Source of the DNA: Octopus sinensis
Taxonomy: Eukaryota
Assembly: GCF_006345805.1 (NCBI RefSeq)
Contig: NC_043008.1
Span: forward strand, 31,062,001 to 31,126,000
DNA length: 64,000 nucleotides
Direction of reading: 5' to 3'
Every line of letters starts with the position of its first letter. The first letter of the stretch is position 1. Below, piece by piece: positions 14,201-27,269 of this stretch. The notes under the pieces were generated by a model. That model had not been told where the DNA came from and searched no databases. It worked only from the letters and a program-made list of their open reading frames with translations. The position numbers and the translations under genes are program-made.

Positions 14201-14870
14201 TAACCCCTGGGTAGTGAATATGTTGTTATAGTCATTATTTTTAGCCACCCCGGTTGCTATTACTGATGAAGTTGATGTTGATGTTAGTGCTTCTGCTGTT
14301 GCTGTTTCAACAGTTTCTGCTTCAGCTGCAGGTGTTAAAGTGTCGTTGTCGTTATTGTTGATGTTATTCCAGGTGCCGTTATTGTGCATCCTTTTTCTCT
14401 TATTGCAACTGATGCTACTGCCCCTGTTATTTCACACTGTTGATGTTGCAGCAATAGTGTTGCATCAGTGGAATTCTTCACTTTTCTTTTTGTTTTCTTT
14501 CCTTGTATGAGCAGAATGCTCTGAGATGGCCAATTGTTCCACCGACGAGAAGCAAATGACCTCCTCAGTCGTCTGACCACCACAATTACCCTTAGTTCTG
14601 CCCATCCAACAGAGAGGTGACGTCGGTTTGAGATTCTTTCCAGACGCCCAGGCTTTATTTGGAAAAGGATCCTCGGTGTGATTTCCTACCATTTCTTTCT
14701 CAATTTTTCACTCCTCTCTAACACCATGAATAGCAATTTCCATTAGGGTTCCAGGTCTGGTAGAACTGCCGGTATTGTAACCTTTACTTCTATTCTACCC
14801 AAATAAGTGGGAAAGACAGAGAAGTTCTCGCAGTGACGGATAATCATTAAATGTTACACTGCGAGAGCCT
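11210..14870 (-). mobile_element. Old, internally deleted Tx1/L1-clade LINE (ORF1 and ORF2 remnants)
   Basis: APE-like EGGAFRLVAICAPTRAGRPDFSRRLEVF..LVDDWNAILE (12994-13206); RT-like SVRHEYPISLLFALILG (12584-12775); ORF1 similarity at 13.8-14.85 kb; 3' end CTTTATTGGCCACA shared with the copy at 44.8 kb. Confidence 0.8.
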
Positions 14871-14964
14871 CAATCTTAAATTGGGCTCGACTTCGCCGAA
14901 CTGTCTTGGAAATATCTCCAGGGAGTAGAACTTGAGATAATTTTGGTATTATTCATATTAAATA

Positions 14965-15140
14965 GTTAGGCAGAGAGGTGGCAGAACCGTTAGTACGGCG
15001 AGCAAAATGCTTAGCATCATTTTTTGCCGAGGTCGACTTTGTCTTTCATCCTTTAGGGGTCGATAGAATAAGTACTAGTTGAGCACATCAGTTGATGCAA
15101 TCGGCTACATCCCTTCTCCAAAATATCAGGTCTTGCGTCT
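14965..15140 (+). mobile_element. SINE family A
   Basis: Match to family A core. Confidence 0.8.
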
Positions 15141-15295
15141 ATAGGTCCATATGGCCCTTGGGGGCCCACATAGTATTTTTTGTTCTTATAAGTTATCGGT
15201 TATACTTCTACAATACACAAAAGTTTTTTATACAATTCCTAATAATATTTAATTATAAAAATATAATAGGATTTTTTTTAAGCACTGAGTGGTTA

Positions 15296-16914
15296 TTTAA
15301 TATCCTGATGTTGGATATATAATTTATCGAAACAAGGGGGGAAATATTTACACAACGCAATACGATTACTTTTACACGGGACACACCGTTTCCAATCAAC
15401 AGTGAACTGCTAACCAGCGAACCGCCAATCGCTCACAGTTCTTTATTTTATAACAATGAGTCGATCCACCTTTAGTCATTTGGTGGGTTGGTCGGAATCC
15501 TTCCACAACATCTCCCCGCTTTAAAATTAGACTCCCCTAACTTCTCCCCTTTTGAGAATTAAACTCCGCTCAGTTTTAATATCTCTTAAGCTTAGGGTTC
15601 AATCCCAATGTTCCTGTTTTTTTCCGTTTTCTGCTGCTAGAACGTGTAGAACGTGTAGTTCCAAATTGTTTGAGTGTTAGTACCTCAAACGCGTTGTACA
15701 ATACTTCTATATAGATTTCATTTTTCGTGACTGTTTTTTCTGTGAATCTATTTTTTAAGTTGGTTAATATGTCTTTTATATTCGGCAGTTTTATCTTTTA
15801 ACAGGAATAACATTCTTCCAGTTTGTTTAATTATTACAACGTCCTCCCAAATTTCTTTACCATATATTTAGGTTTTAAAAAAGAACTTTGTCACCTACTT
15901 GAAGAATTTTAAAGTATGTCTGTTGTTCGCCTTTTTTCTATTTTCGCTCGGTATAAGCGTATCAAAAACGGATCTGATCTTTCTTGCAAGCATCAATTCT
16001 TCGGGTGACATTCCATTCGGGTGATGTTACTCGGTACACTCTTAGAAACTGCTGAAATGCAAGATCGTCCATTACTTTATTACTCCTTTACATCGCCTTT
16101 TTCAATGACCTCTTGGAAGTGTTAACAAAACGCTCCGCTTGTCCATTTGACCGTTGACGAACATTTTACAAAATTTTCTGAACTCGTCTGACGTAAATTG
16201 AGTTCCATTATGAGGCACAATGGTACCAGGAATACTATACAGGATAATGTGCCCCCTTAAGTGGACCTGCGTAATCAACACGTAGTATGAACCATGGAAT
16301 ATCTGTTTTTGGCCACGGTTGCCATTTAGTAGTAGGTGCTTTTGCAGCTAAGGTACACCTTCTGCATGTTTTCACGGTCCATTGTTGGCCAAAATACATA
16401 ACTTCTCATTAACGATTACATTCTCGAAATCTTTGGGTAACCAATGTGAAATGTCTTTAATAATATCTTTTGTAGTGTGGTTAGCAGTACGACTCTTTGT
16501 GCACACATCAACACGTTCTCACACATCGCGAATTGGTTTGCATTTATGCTGTGCATAATGTTATCTCTTTTAGCCTTCAGTATTTCTTCCATTTTTTAAA
16601 ATTAATTTATCGTTTTCCGATTTTAATTTTGTCTTGTAAAGTAACTGCTAGTTCACATATGATGTTACACGAAAGATTTTTTTATCTCAGCCTCGTCGCT
16701 ACTTTTATATCCTGGTGTTGAACATATAACTTAACGAAGCAGGGGGAAATAAATATTTACACAACGCAATACGAGACTCAACACTCTCAATCAACGGCTC
16801 ACAGTGAACTGCTTACCAATGCGAACTTCCAATCGCTCACAGTTCTTTATTTCATAACAATGAGTCAGTCAATATTTAATTACTTGGCGGGTTGGTCGGA
16901 ATCCTTCCACAACA
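15296..16914 (-). mobile_element. Internally deleted Gypsy LTR retrotransposon (LTRs 16703-16914 and 15296-15510; integrase remnant only)
   Basis: Paired ~212-bp direct repeats starting TGTTGTGGAAGG; PBS-like GTAGCGACGAGG; PPT AAAGCGGGGAGA abutting the 3' LTR; 5-bp TSD GGTTA (15291-15295 / 16915-16919); interior reads MRSYVFWPTMD..CRRC..VDYAGP..NGTQFTSDEF..NGQAERFV. Confidence 0.88.
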
Positions 16915-17214
16915 GGTTATGAGGAGCCAGTAGAGTAAAATAGGAATCAAAAGGGTCCACAGACAAAAAATGATTGAGAACCATTGCTATAGAAGAAAGA
17001 GTTATATACATTAAAATTTCTATGGGTGGATGTATGGATAACATCTCTATATAGGATGACTGAAGCTTGCAGTTATCTGGCAAAACACATTTAAACAGAT
17101 ATGAACCGAAGCGAAGTTTGAACCAAATAAAATCTGTTTCTACTTTTTGTTTACATTCTCGGTTTTTTTTTTGGGGGGGGGTTGCTTTTGTATTGTTATG
17201 ATGTCGGGTATCTT

Positions 17215-17472
17215 CTTTATCTTTTCTCTTTGACTTGTTTCAGTCATTGAACTGCAGCCATACCAGGCCACCGCCTCGAAAGGTTTTAATCGAGCAAATC
17301 GTCTCCAGTACTTAAGTCTTATGCTTATTCTATCGGTAGCTTTTGCCGAACGGCCAGGTTATGTGAATGTCTGTAAAGTGGTTGTGGTGTGCAAACACAA
17401 AGGTACACACATATAAACACACACACACGCACACACACACACACACGCACACACACACACACACGCACACAC

Positions 17473-17505
<33 letters not shown>

Positions 17506-17660
17506 CATGAAGAGCTTCTTTTGGTTTTCTTTACCGAATCCACTTCGAATACCTCGATTGGCTGGGAGCTGTAGTAGAAGATACTTGCGTCAAGTGGTAC
17601 GTAGTGGAACTGAATCCAAACCGATGTGATTGGGAAGTAAACTTCTAACGATGCAGCTAC
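17215..17660 (-). mobile_element. Degenerate SINE family B copy with internal (CA)n expansion
   Basis: Similarity to the full copy at 39472-39888. Confidence 0.7.
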
Positions 17661-17705
17661 ACCTGCGCTTGCGCCGATGTATATTTTATTTATTATTTGA
17701 GTATA

Positions 17706-17782
<77 letters not shown>

Positions 17783-18050
17783 GCATCATTATCATAATCT
17801 ACAACACGTTTAAAGGATTCTTTATCGTTTTCCTAAATAATATACATATACGTATGTACGTGTGCACGCGTGTGTGTGTTTGTCCGTGTGTTCGCGTGTA
17901 AGAGTATTAATGTATGCATGCATATATAAGTATATATATGTATGTGTGTATGTATATGTTTAAATGAATTTATACATATGTGTGTATACACACACACACA
18001 CATATATATACATACATATATACATATATATACGTGTGGGTGTGTGTGGG

Positions 18051-18125
<75 letters not shown>

Positions 18126-18229
18126 CAGCATACGGTATACTCCTGTTTTATTTTGTTGTTGTCGATGTCATTGTTGTTGAGTATTCGAACACAGATAACA
18201 GATAGCCGGAAGCCAACACAATTTACGAT

Positions 18230-19035
18230 CTAACTGAAGACAAGCCTGCAAGATAAACCCGTACAAGATCTAGCTTCCAATAAATCTAATATAAATATGA
18301 AAAGAAGAAGGCTATAAATAAATATTTAACAGAAACTAGTCTACCTACTGAAACAGGTGGCTCTATCATCGCTTCAAATGACCATAGACTTCAAGTACAA
18401 CTATAGCTAATTTTGATATTACTTATATTAAAGAGTTTGTGAAATTGATGGATGTATGGAAAATATCTGCGAGAGGATTAAAGAAACTTGCGATCATATC
18501 GGAAGACACACTTGGTTGCTTGTTTGTATAATCTGTTTGACTTCATCTTCTTTAGGGGTAGGGTTCTCATTCGACGTCCCTTTTCATTGATAGTGGAGCA
18601 GGTGTAGTCAGTCTCTGCTGTGGTTGAAGTCGCTGCTGCAGTTGTCGTTTTTGCAGCTGCTACTGATCGTGGTGATGCTGTTTCCACTATTTTAATAGCC
18701 CCTATTGCTGCTTTTGTGTCATAGGTTCTTATTGCAAAAGGAGGCGTTGCATACTTCATCGCAAGGCAAAGAGCGCCCAAGCGGTTTGTGTTCCACAGTG
18801 TAGTAATTGTGCCTTCTGCCCTCCATCACTACATAATTCTGAATTTCATTCCTTGAAGGAAACGACGTCGGGTATTTTCAGTAGGTCTGCCGGTGTTTTT
18901 AATATCAGGTATTCGAGGGTTGTCCCTGATCAGTTTACCCTGAAGCTGGATTTCGTGTTCATTTTTCGTGTTTCATTTTCCCACAACCATAACCAGCTGC
19001 TCCATATCATTTCCTCTATAGTTTTTCTTCTCTGA
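18230..19035 (-). mobile_element. Tx1-type ORF1 remnant
   Basis: With frameshifts reads LKIPDVVS..YVVMEGRR, similar to EKIPTIIELPGGYKLYVVVEGRR of the 49-50 kb ORF1. Confidence 0.55.
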
Positions 19036-19039
19036 AAAG

Positions 19040-20530
19040 GCAGTCTTTGCGATAAAAACGGTGGTTGAGAACGTTTAGTGTTGTGATGTGTACAATGTCT
19101 ACTTCTTTGTTAATTTCCTGGCTATTGGTTATCGCAGTAACAGCATCGAAACAACCCCCAATAAAAAATATTTTGAGATTATTCCTTGATCAATGCTTAT
19201 TTCACTGGTGAACATGGCATTGATGGTATTAGTGACATAAGTGACCTGACAAGTTTCTACCGTTTTTCTCTCAGAAAGCATAAGTATTAAGATGCCTTTC
19301 TGATTTGCTGCATGCGTTTTCATCTTCAAAAGACTGAAGTGATTTTTGTAAACCAAGTATATAGATTCCTTTAACATTAGATAAATAACTACTAGTGTCA
19401 AAGATAGCAGGAATAACTGCTGCTTTAGGTTTATGGTTAATGCCTTGACCAAGTTCAAAGAATTCAAAGATTCGACGATTTGTTGTTACAGTGACTTTTA
19501 TGCATGACTGAGATTTTGAAAGTCACTATATCTAAATGTTTGTGTGTTGAAGTTTAATTGATAATCAATGGCAATTGATCGAAAATAATCTTTATGATAA
19601 TAGACTGGTGTACATAAAGAATTACAAATAGCGCTTGCAGTTTATTTTGCTGATTTCCTTTGTTTAGGTAACATTCCTTCTTCACCTTTTAGTTAAGAGT
19701 TAAAAAACGCGGACATATGTTTATTGATTGGACATTGATCAGTTCTCACTTTCGCAACAGAGTGACTTTCGCAACCCTTCTTACTAAAGTAAGAGAAGAT
19801 ATCTGATTTATGAAAGAGTACTTGATCATGGTTCTTTATATTAACACTCAACCTAATATTGTAACTGCTAAAGTTTCTTTTGCCTGAATAAATTGAAATA
19901 CTTGTTTTAAAGACATATGTTGGTTTCTATACCTTATGCTTTCTAGCTGAAGTGTTTCATGATTATGTAAGCCACAACATAAAACCTCCCGGATAACTAC
20001 CTCAGAGTAGTTGGTATATGAAAATACTGGCTTGAATCTATATGCAAACTAAGACAATAACGGATAGTATCATCTTGATCTTGGGGTACATAGTGGAGTG
20101 TAGCATGAGTAGCCATTGGGTTTTCTTGACTACTAGAACTTTGATTGTTGTAAGTACTTTCTCCGTACTGCTTGTCGAGATGCCATCACAACATGCCTTA
20201 AATCTTTACGTAATTGTTCATAACCACAATCCATAGATAGATAACTTTGTCGGTGCCAGTGACCTTTGTTGAAGAAACTAAGTCTTTCAATCTGGATATA
20301 AATTCGAATCCTCGTTAAATTCAATATGTAATACCTCAGGGCATTTCACTGGCTCAAATTTTGCTGGCGCGTAATTTGTTGCCTGAATGATAATGAAAAA
20401 CTCTGCAATAGTGGCATCAACATCATCTGCTATACATGTGCAATCTGGAATGAGACATTTAAAAACAGATTTTATATTATTATTGCCGTTCTTATGTGAT
20501 GAAGCTTGCAATAGAGTAAACTCCACTGAA
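19040..20530 (-). mobile_element. Decayed Gypsy gag-protease remnant
   Basis: Fragments FKCLIPDCTCIADDVDATIA, DCGYEQLRKDL, YSEVVIREVLCCGL..NQHMSLKQVFQFIQAKE, and protease-like IPAIFDTSS..HAANQKGI..ETCQVTYVT..IDQGIIS; many stops and frameshifts. Confidence 0.7.
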
Positions 20531-21446
20531 GCTATCTAAAGACCAAAAGCGGGTATTAAATTGTGCCGGATTAAATCTTCCACGAGTTAGGTCTAGTAGA
20601 AACTTTATTATAGATAACGACATTGTCTACTTTGTATATAGTCTAATATCCCAAATGACAGAATTTGGAAGATAGGAAGAGCGAAAGATGCAATGCTACG
20701 GTAGTTTAAACATAGAAGTCAAGCACAATATAAAGGTTAACATAATATTTTCTACTGGTAATAACAAAAAATTAATAATTCTCTTGGTAGTGGTGCCAAC
20801 ATTTACAATTCTCTTTTGACCGTTTCTTCAAGAATTCAGACAGACCTGCCAGTTGAAAGGAAAGAAAGACAATAGCAACGTAGGATTCAACACCAACACA
20901 CAGTCATTCAACTTGTTGTTCATAGCAACTAAATCCCTCAAATCAAAACCAATCAGCTTACAAAAGGAAAGACTATCTACACTATGACACAGAAATAGAC
21001 AGAAGTTCATCACTGGAGCATCATTTACTATAGGTCTACTGAGGTTAAACACAAAAACAATAACAGAAACCAAATTAAAAAATCACCGTCTACCTGCTAG
21101 AAATAACAGCTGAATCACAAACTGCCGATTTAACACAAATTTGAAGGCGTTAAGGACACGACTAGAATGCCTTTTGACTATAGAGCTAATTCAGAGGTAA
21201 ACAACAACTTAAGTCAGCAGCAATAGGCGAGCCTTTACTAGGTTACTCAAACTGCTGGACACAGAAGTCAAATCTCACCGATCACTACTTCAGTTCACAC
21301 TCTGCCAGTTAAGAAAAGATTGCATTGCACATTGAATAAAACAGTGCTGGACACGCAAAAAAGAAAAAAGATGCGTAAAACTGAAATATCTTTGGTCACA
21401 ATTCCACATGTTTATAATTGAGCTGACCTGAGGCTAAACAACATTA

Positions 21447-21640
21447 CGAGGGATACTGAAAAGTTCCTGGCTTTAAGGCTCAACCTTCCGAGTTCCCGAG
21501 TTCTTTTACAGGGCTTAGAAAACCTGAAGGACTGCTGCAAGTGTGTAAATCTGAGAAGGGAATACGTTGAATAAAATCATAACTAACTGATCCTCCTGTA
21601 TTTTATTTCACTCAAAGAAAGGAACTTTTCGACTCCTCCT
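21447..21640. mobile_element. Mariner-type MITE
   Basis: TA-flanked; imperfect TIR sharing GAAAAGTTCCT; second copy at 42215-42900. Confidence 0.7.
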
Positions 21641-21927
21641 TATAACAAAGTACAAAGCCAGCAATTTTAAAGGAAAGCAGTTTGTCATTCTTGAAGAAAA
21701 GTTGACCACGGTTGGAATTCAAAAACCAAGAATGTAAAGAACCAGAAGAGCTACCACTGAGCATTTTGTCCGATGCTTTAACTATTCCATCGACTCACCC
21801 AATATTAACTTAACTCAATATTTTTCTAACTCAGAAAAATACTGGAAAGCAAAGGAACCATATACAATATTTTAAAATTGATATTGGTTTCCATATAGAT
21901 AGCCTACGACGGTTATAATTCCTACCA

Positions 21928-21970
<43 letters not shown>

Positions 21971-22091
21971 GCGCGCGCACACACACACAGGTAGGTACGT
22001 ACATATATGCATGTATATGCATATATTTTATTCATTTATTAATTTATTATATATATATATATATGTACATATATATATATATATATTATAT

Positions 22092-22144
<53 letters not shown>

Positions 22145-22265
22145 TTATATATAGAGGGCATTATACATACATGCCACACGCTAAGAGGGACAATTAGTCA
22201 TTTCTACCAAAAATTTTACTAATCCCACCGAATGCAATTTTTCAAAGTAAGACATTTAAAAATAT

Positions 22266-22313
22266 AGACTTGTATCACTGTGATTTCATACCTCTGTATT
22301 CATCAGCAAGCCT
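22266..22313 (-). ncRNA. Type I hammerhead ribozyme, canonical core
   Basis: AGGCTTG-CTGATGA-ATAC(AGAG)GTAT-GAA-ATCAC(A)GTGAT-A-CAAGTCT: 7-bp stem I, 4-bp stem II, near-palindromic stem III, AUA cleavage triplet. Confidence 0.8.
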
Positions 22314-22627
22314 GGACGCATCATAAATAAACGACCCTGCCTCGCTTAAGCCGAGCAGCTAACTGGTCAACATTAACGAAGCACATGGGTGAGTTTACAT
22401 ATATTACATCCGGTAAATGGCAGACTTTTACGAATTGCATTTCGGGAAAGGAAAGGTTTTTCGGAATAAAAATTTAGCAGTTGTCCTTAATTGCTATATA
22501 TATATATATATATATAGTAGAAATATTAATATTTCTACTTTTGAAAACCAGTGGATGTATTCCACTGAATTTAGGTAAATAATCCTTCGAACAGACGGTT
22601 AGTAGCGACGCCTGCTGGGTTCGGCTG

Positions 22628-22672
22628 CTCTGCATTGATAAGGGGCAAATACTTTGAAACTAGTCAGTAGAT
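22628..22672 (+). ncRNA. Hammerhead-like motif with U3-A8 core
   Basis: TTGATAA-GGGG(CAAATA)CTTT-GAA-ACTAGT-C-AGTAGA: palindromic stem III, GUC triplet, 5 stem I pairs, stem II mostly G-U. Confidence 0.55.
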
Positions 22673-23298
22673 GCCTGACAAGCAAGGGGAAGCGGCTGAC
22701 CTCCCCTGTTCGAAGGTTATAATGGACACAGGTTCGTGTGTCACATATAGAGGCGAGGGCCCCTTGGAACTATTCAACGGCAGTATTCGTCCTATATTTC
22801 TGGAGTGCCATATTAGCTTGGCGATAACTACTAATATGTATATATATATATATATTTACTTATAATTAAGTGAAGACTAACATTTAACTTTGCTGCAGAG
22901 AAATTATTAGCGCCAATAATGAGTAGTGCTAAATCTAAGGAAGATAACTGATAGTTAAAGACTAGAAATAGAATGGAAGGCGTACAGTGGAAAGTTAGGG
23001 TTGATGTTTGATAAGAGTGTTAAAACTTTGAACTTGTTTCCGTCGCTTGGACCTCTCGAGAGACGCGTTTTAATGTGAGGCAGGTTTTATGAACATACAT
23101 GTTTGTATTGATGTGTATTTGCTTATATGTATGCATGCATATGTACACGTATGTATGTATGGGCATTCGTATCACTAATATATGTATATGTGTGTATGTG
23201 TGCAGGTGTACGTACATCTGTGTGTGTACGTGTGTGTGTATGGTGGGGTGTAATTGTTTTGCAAGATTCCTGATGGGAAATTGTGTGTTTAAACAGAT

Positions 23299-23610
23299 AT
23301 TGTTATATTTCGGGATGGTCATTTGTTTTCTTGCCTGATAAACACACGCACTATAGATTCGTTCTTCACTATATATATATATATTCGTTCTTCACACACA
23401 CACACACACAAAACACACACACACACACACACACAAATGCACACGCAAACGCATGCACAGATAAGGATACACACAATAAGTAGAATGGCAGAATGGGCTA
23501 AACAGAGCAGAAGTCACGTGGGATGGAGGGTCACTGAAGAGGTTACAAATGTGTGGCAAACGATTTCCACACAATTGACATCAAATAAGAACAATAATAA
23601 ACAAGTTAAA

Positions 23611-23674
<64 letters not shown>

Positions 23675-23741
23675 TATATATATATATAGTGCGTGTGTTT
23701 ATTTGGCAAGAAAACAAATGACCGTCCCGAAATATAACAAT
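23299..23741. repeat. 57-bp inverted repeat pair (23299-23355 / 23685-23741) around microsatellites
   Basis: ATTGTTATATTTCGGGAYGGTCATTTGTTTTCTTGCC..ATAAACACACGCACTATA on opposite strands, 3 mismatches. Confidence 0.85.
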
Positions 23742-23780
23742 GTGTACATATATATATATGTATATGTGCGTGGGTGTATG

Positions 23781-23820
<40 letters not shown>

Positions 23821-24379
23821 GTGTGTGTGTGTGTGTGTGTTTGAATAAAGTAGAAAATTACGCACATGCACACATACACAAACAAACACACACACAAATA
23901 TCAATGAGTTTGTGTGTAATATATATACATATATACATGCATATACATACATACACAATCTACATATGTGTGTGTATATGCGTGCGCGTGTGTATTTGTA
24001 GATATGGGCACACGTACGCTTATATATCATATATTTCTATGGATAAAGACAAAGAAAGAGAGAGAGAAAGAGAGAGAGAGAAGCAGAGAAATGAGAAAAA
24101 TATCAATACATCATTGTTGTACATTCCACCTGGTATAGAATATTAATAATTCTATCTAATCTCTGGAATTTCTATGTGTATAGAATGTTAAAAGAAATAT
24201 AACTTTCTTTCCATTTATTCTAAATACGCAACCCGTATTCTTATTATATCAATGTGTTCGCCTAAGCGTTTTATGTACGTGTGTGTGTGTATGTGTAGAT
24301 ACTCACACATGCACACAATTATATATATATAGATAGATATATGCATACTTATATATTTATACATACAGTATGCATATAT

Positions 24380-24408
24380 TCATTTTTCATATGTATTTAT
24401 GTGTGTAA

Positions 24409-24443
<35 letters not shown>

Positions 24444-24659
24444 AATGAATACATATATATATTAAAGCATTTATACACATATATAAATATACATAAACAT
24501 ACATATTTAAATATGATATATATTCTTCTACATAATAAATTTGTATCTATGCAGCATAATATACATATATATGTGTGTGTGTATATATATATACATGTGT
24601 GTACGTATATAATATGCTTCTGCGTAATACATTTGTATCTATATAGCATAATGTGTCTG

Positions 24660-24700
<41 letters not shown>

Positions 24701-24701
24701 T

Positions 24702-24768
<67 letters not shown>

Positions 24769-24860
24769 TATATATATACGCAATACATATACTTACATAC
24801 TCACATGAATGTAGACATATATATATGCCCATATATGCATGCACATAGACATACATCTAA
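24380..24860. repeat. (TA)n/(TG)n low-complexity block
   Basis: Direct reading. Confidence 0.95.
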
Positions 24861-25844
24861 CGTGTGTGTTTGTGCGTATGTGTGTGCATGTGTGAGAGGC
24901 ATGAAGCATATTTTTTAAGAAATAGGTTCACGTACAAAATGTAATTTCTTTTCTATAAGGAAACATGTGCTTATCAAAAAAAATGTGAAATGGTAAATTG
25001 CGCTGTATGTGTGTATGTGTACGCGTATCTGCATGTATGTGTGTGTGTCTGTAAGTCTTTACATATGATAATGTATATGTAAATATGTATGAACATTTAG
25101 ACATATGCAAATACGATATGAAAATATAAATATATATATTTCTATGACGACATCAGTTACGAGTTCGGTTTGCAGAAATAGGATGTCTCAACGTTGAATA
25201 GAAATTTAAGCTTATTTGTTTGATGTGAATTTTCTTAGCTGTTTGACTTTATTCTGTAGCTATCGTGTAGATTAATATAGTAACTCAAAATATCTCCATT
25301 TACTCTTTCCTGTTTATTGCGCTGTCTCTGACATTCTGTCGCAGATTAGCTGGTATGGTATATGTTGCGTTAAACACGTATATAAACCTTATATCAAATA
25401 CTTTTGTGCCGCGTTCTTTATCACGCGGTTGAGTTTTATATAGATATTTTTTGTCTTAACAAAGAGATCAGTAAACATTTTTTTCATTCATTTCGTCTAA
25501 TTCGTAACACGATTCGTTCAATCAATATAACGTTGTACTTTCAGGGGTTATCATCAATTGCAACTAACTCATATGTGATGCCGGCTGAAGTAAGAAAGTC
25601 GCGGATTAGGGTTGCAGAAGCAGAGCCACTGTCTGCATTAAATATAGATTTTCCTATACGTTTCTTGGACCGGATTTTTCTGAGCTGTTCAGTTCTGTTC
25701 TATATAGATAAAATGTCGAAATACTAAATATTCTAGTGTATTGTTACCTTTTTTGTGTTGTTATATTTTATATAAAACTGGACGAGACTTGTTGCGTGTG
25801 GATGAGTGATTGTGTACAGACATGCATTTAAATACACAGACAGA

Positions 25845-26345
<501 letters not shown>

Positions 26346-27115
26346 GATAGGTAACACATATATATATATGCATATAGATACAAGCACACATACTGGCTGG
26401 TACATACATACATACATACATACATACATACATACATACATACATACATACATACATACATACATACATACATACATACATACATACATACATACGTACG
26501 TACGTACATACGTACTTACGTATACAGATTCATAATATATAAAACCATATACATTTAATAGACGTATATTTTGTCATATGTTGCAAATATTCTCTGAAGA
26601 ATCCACTGAATCTTCAGCCGATGTTGTATTTTCTTAAGATCATTGGGGCCGCTTACGTCAGCTCTCTGCGATTTATTGTGACGAATAGTTCTCCTTATAA
26701 AAAAATATTAACAAAGTAATACTGATGTATAGCCTTTTCCATGCTGCACCTTGAGGGTTGAGAAATATTTACGTTATTTGGAATAAATGCATACGTGTAT
26801 ACAAAATCTTTAATAATCATAGCTTTAGTCTTGCTGTGAAAATATACTGCGAACAGTTCTTTGTTTACCATATTTACAAAAGTCTACATCAGTAAGTTTA
26901 TGATGAAATTCAATTCTTTAAGCATCTGTTATCATTGTAAATAGTGGTTTCCAACATCATCCAAGCAACTAACGAAATAAATTTATTTCGAGTTGGAAAC
27001 TGTAAGCACGTTTTATCCGCCCCCTTTTGTTTAGTGTGCATGTGTATAATGGTGATGGGAGGCGGAGGAGGAGGAGGGGGATGATAGTGATGATGATAAT
27101 GGTAATGATGGTGAT

Positions 27116-27150
<35 letters not shown>

Positions 27151-27192
27151 TGATGATGTTGATGATGATAATGATGATGATGATGATGATGT

Positions 27193-27223
<31 letters not shown>

Positions 27224-27269
27224 AACTTTAATAATAGCAACAGCAGCAGCATCAACAACAACAACAACA

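Noticed and set aside
25150-25582. Possible degenerate TIR pair
   Set aside because: Only about 70% similarity over ~23 nt and no TSD; compatible with chance.
26597-26618. CTGAAGA core-like motifs on both strands
   Set aside because: A small inverted repeat with no downstream GAAA or stem III.
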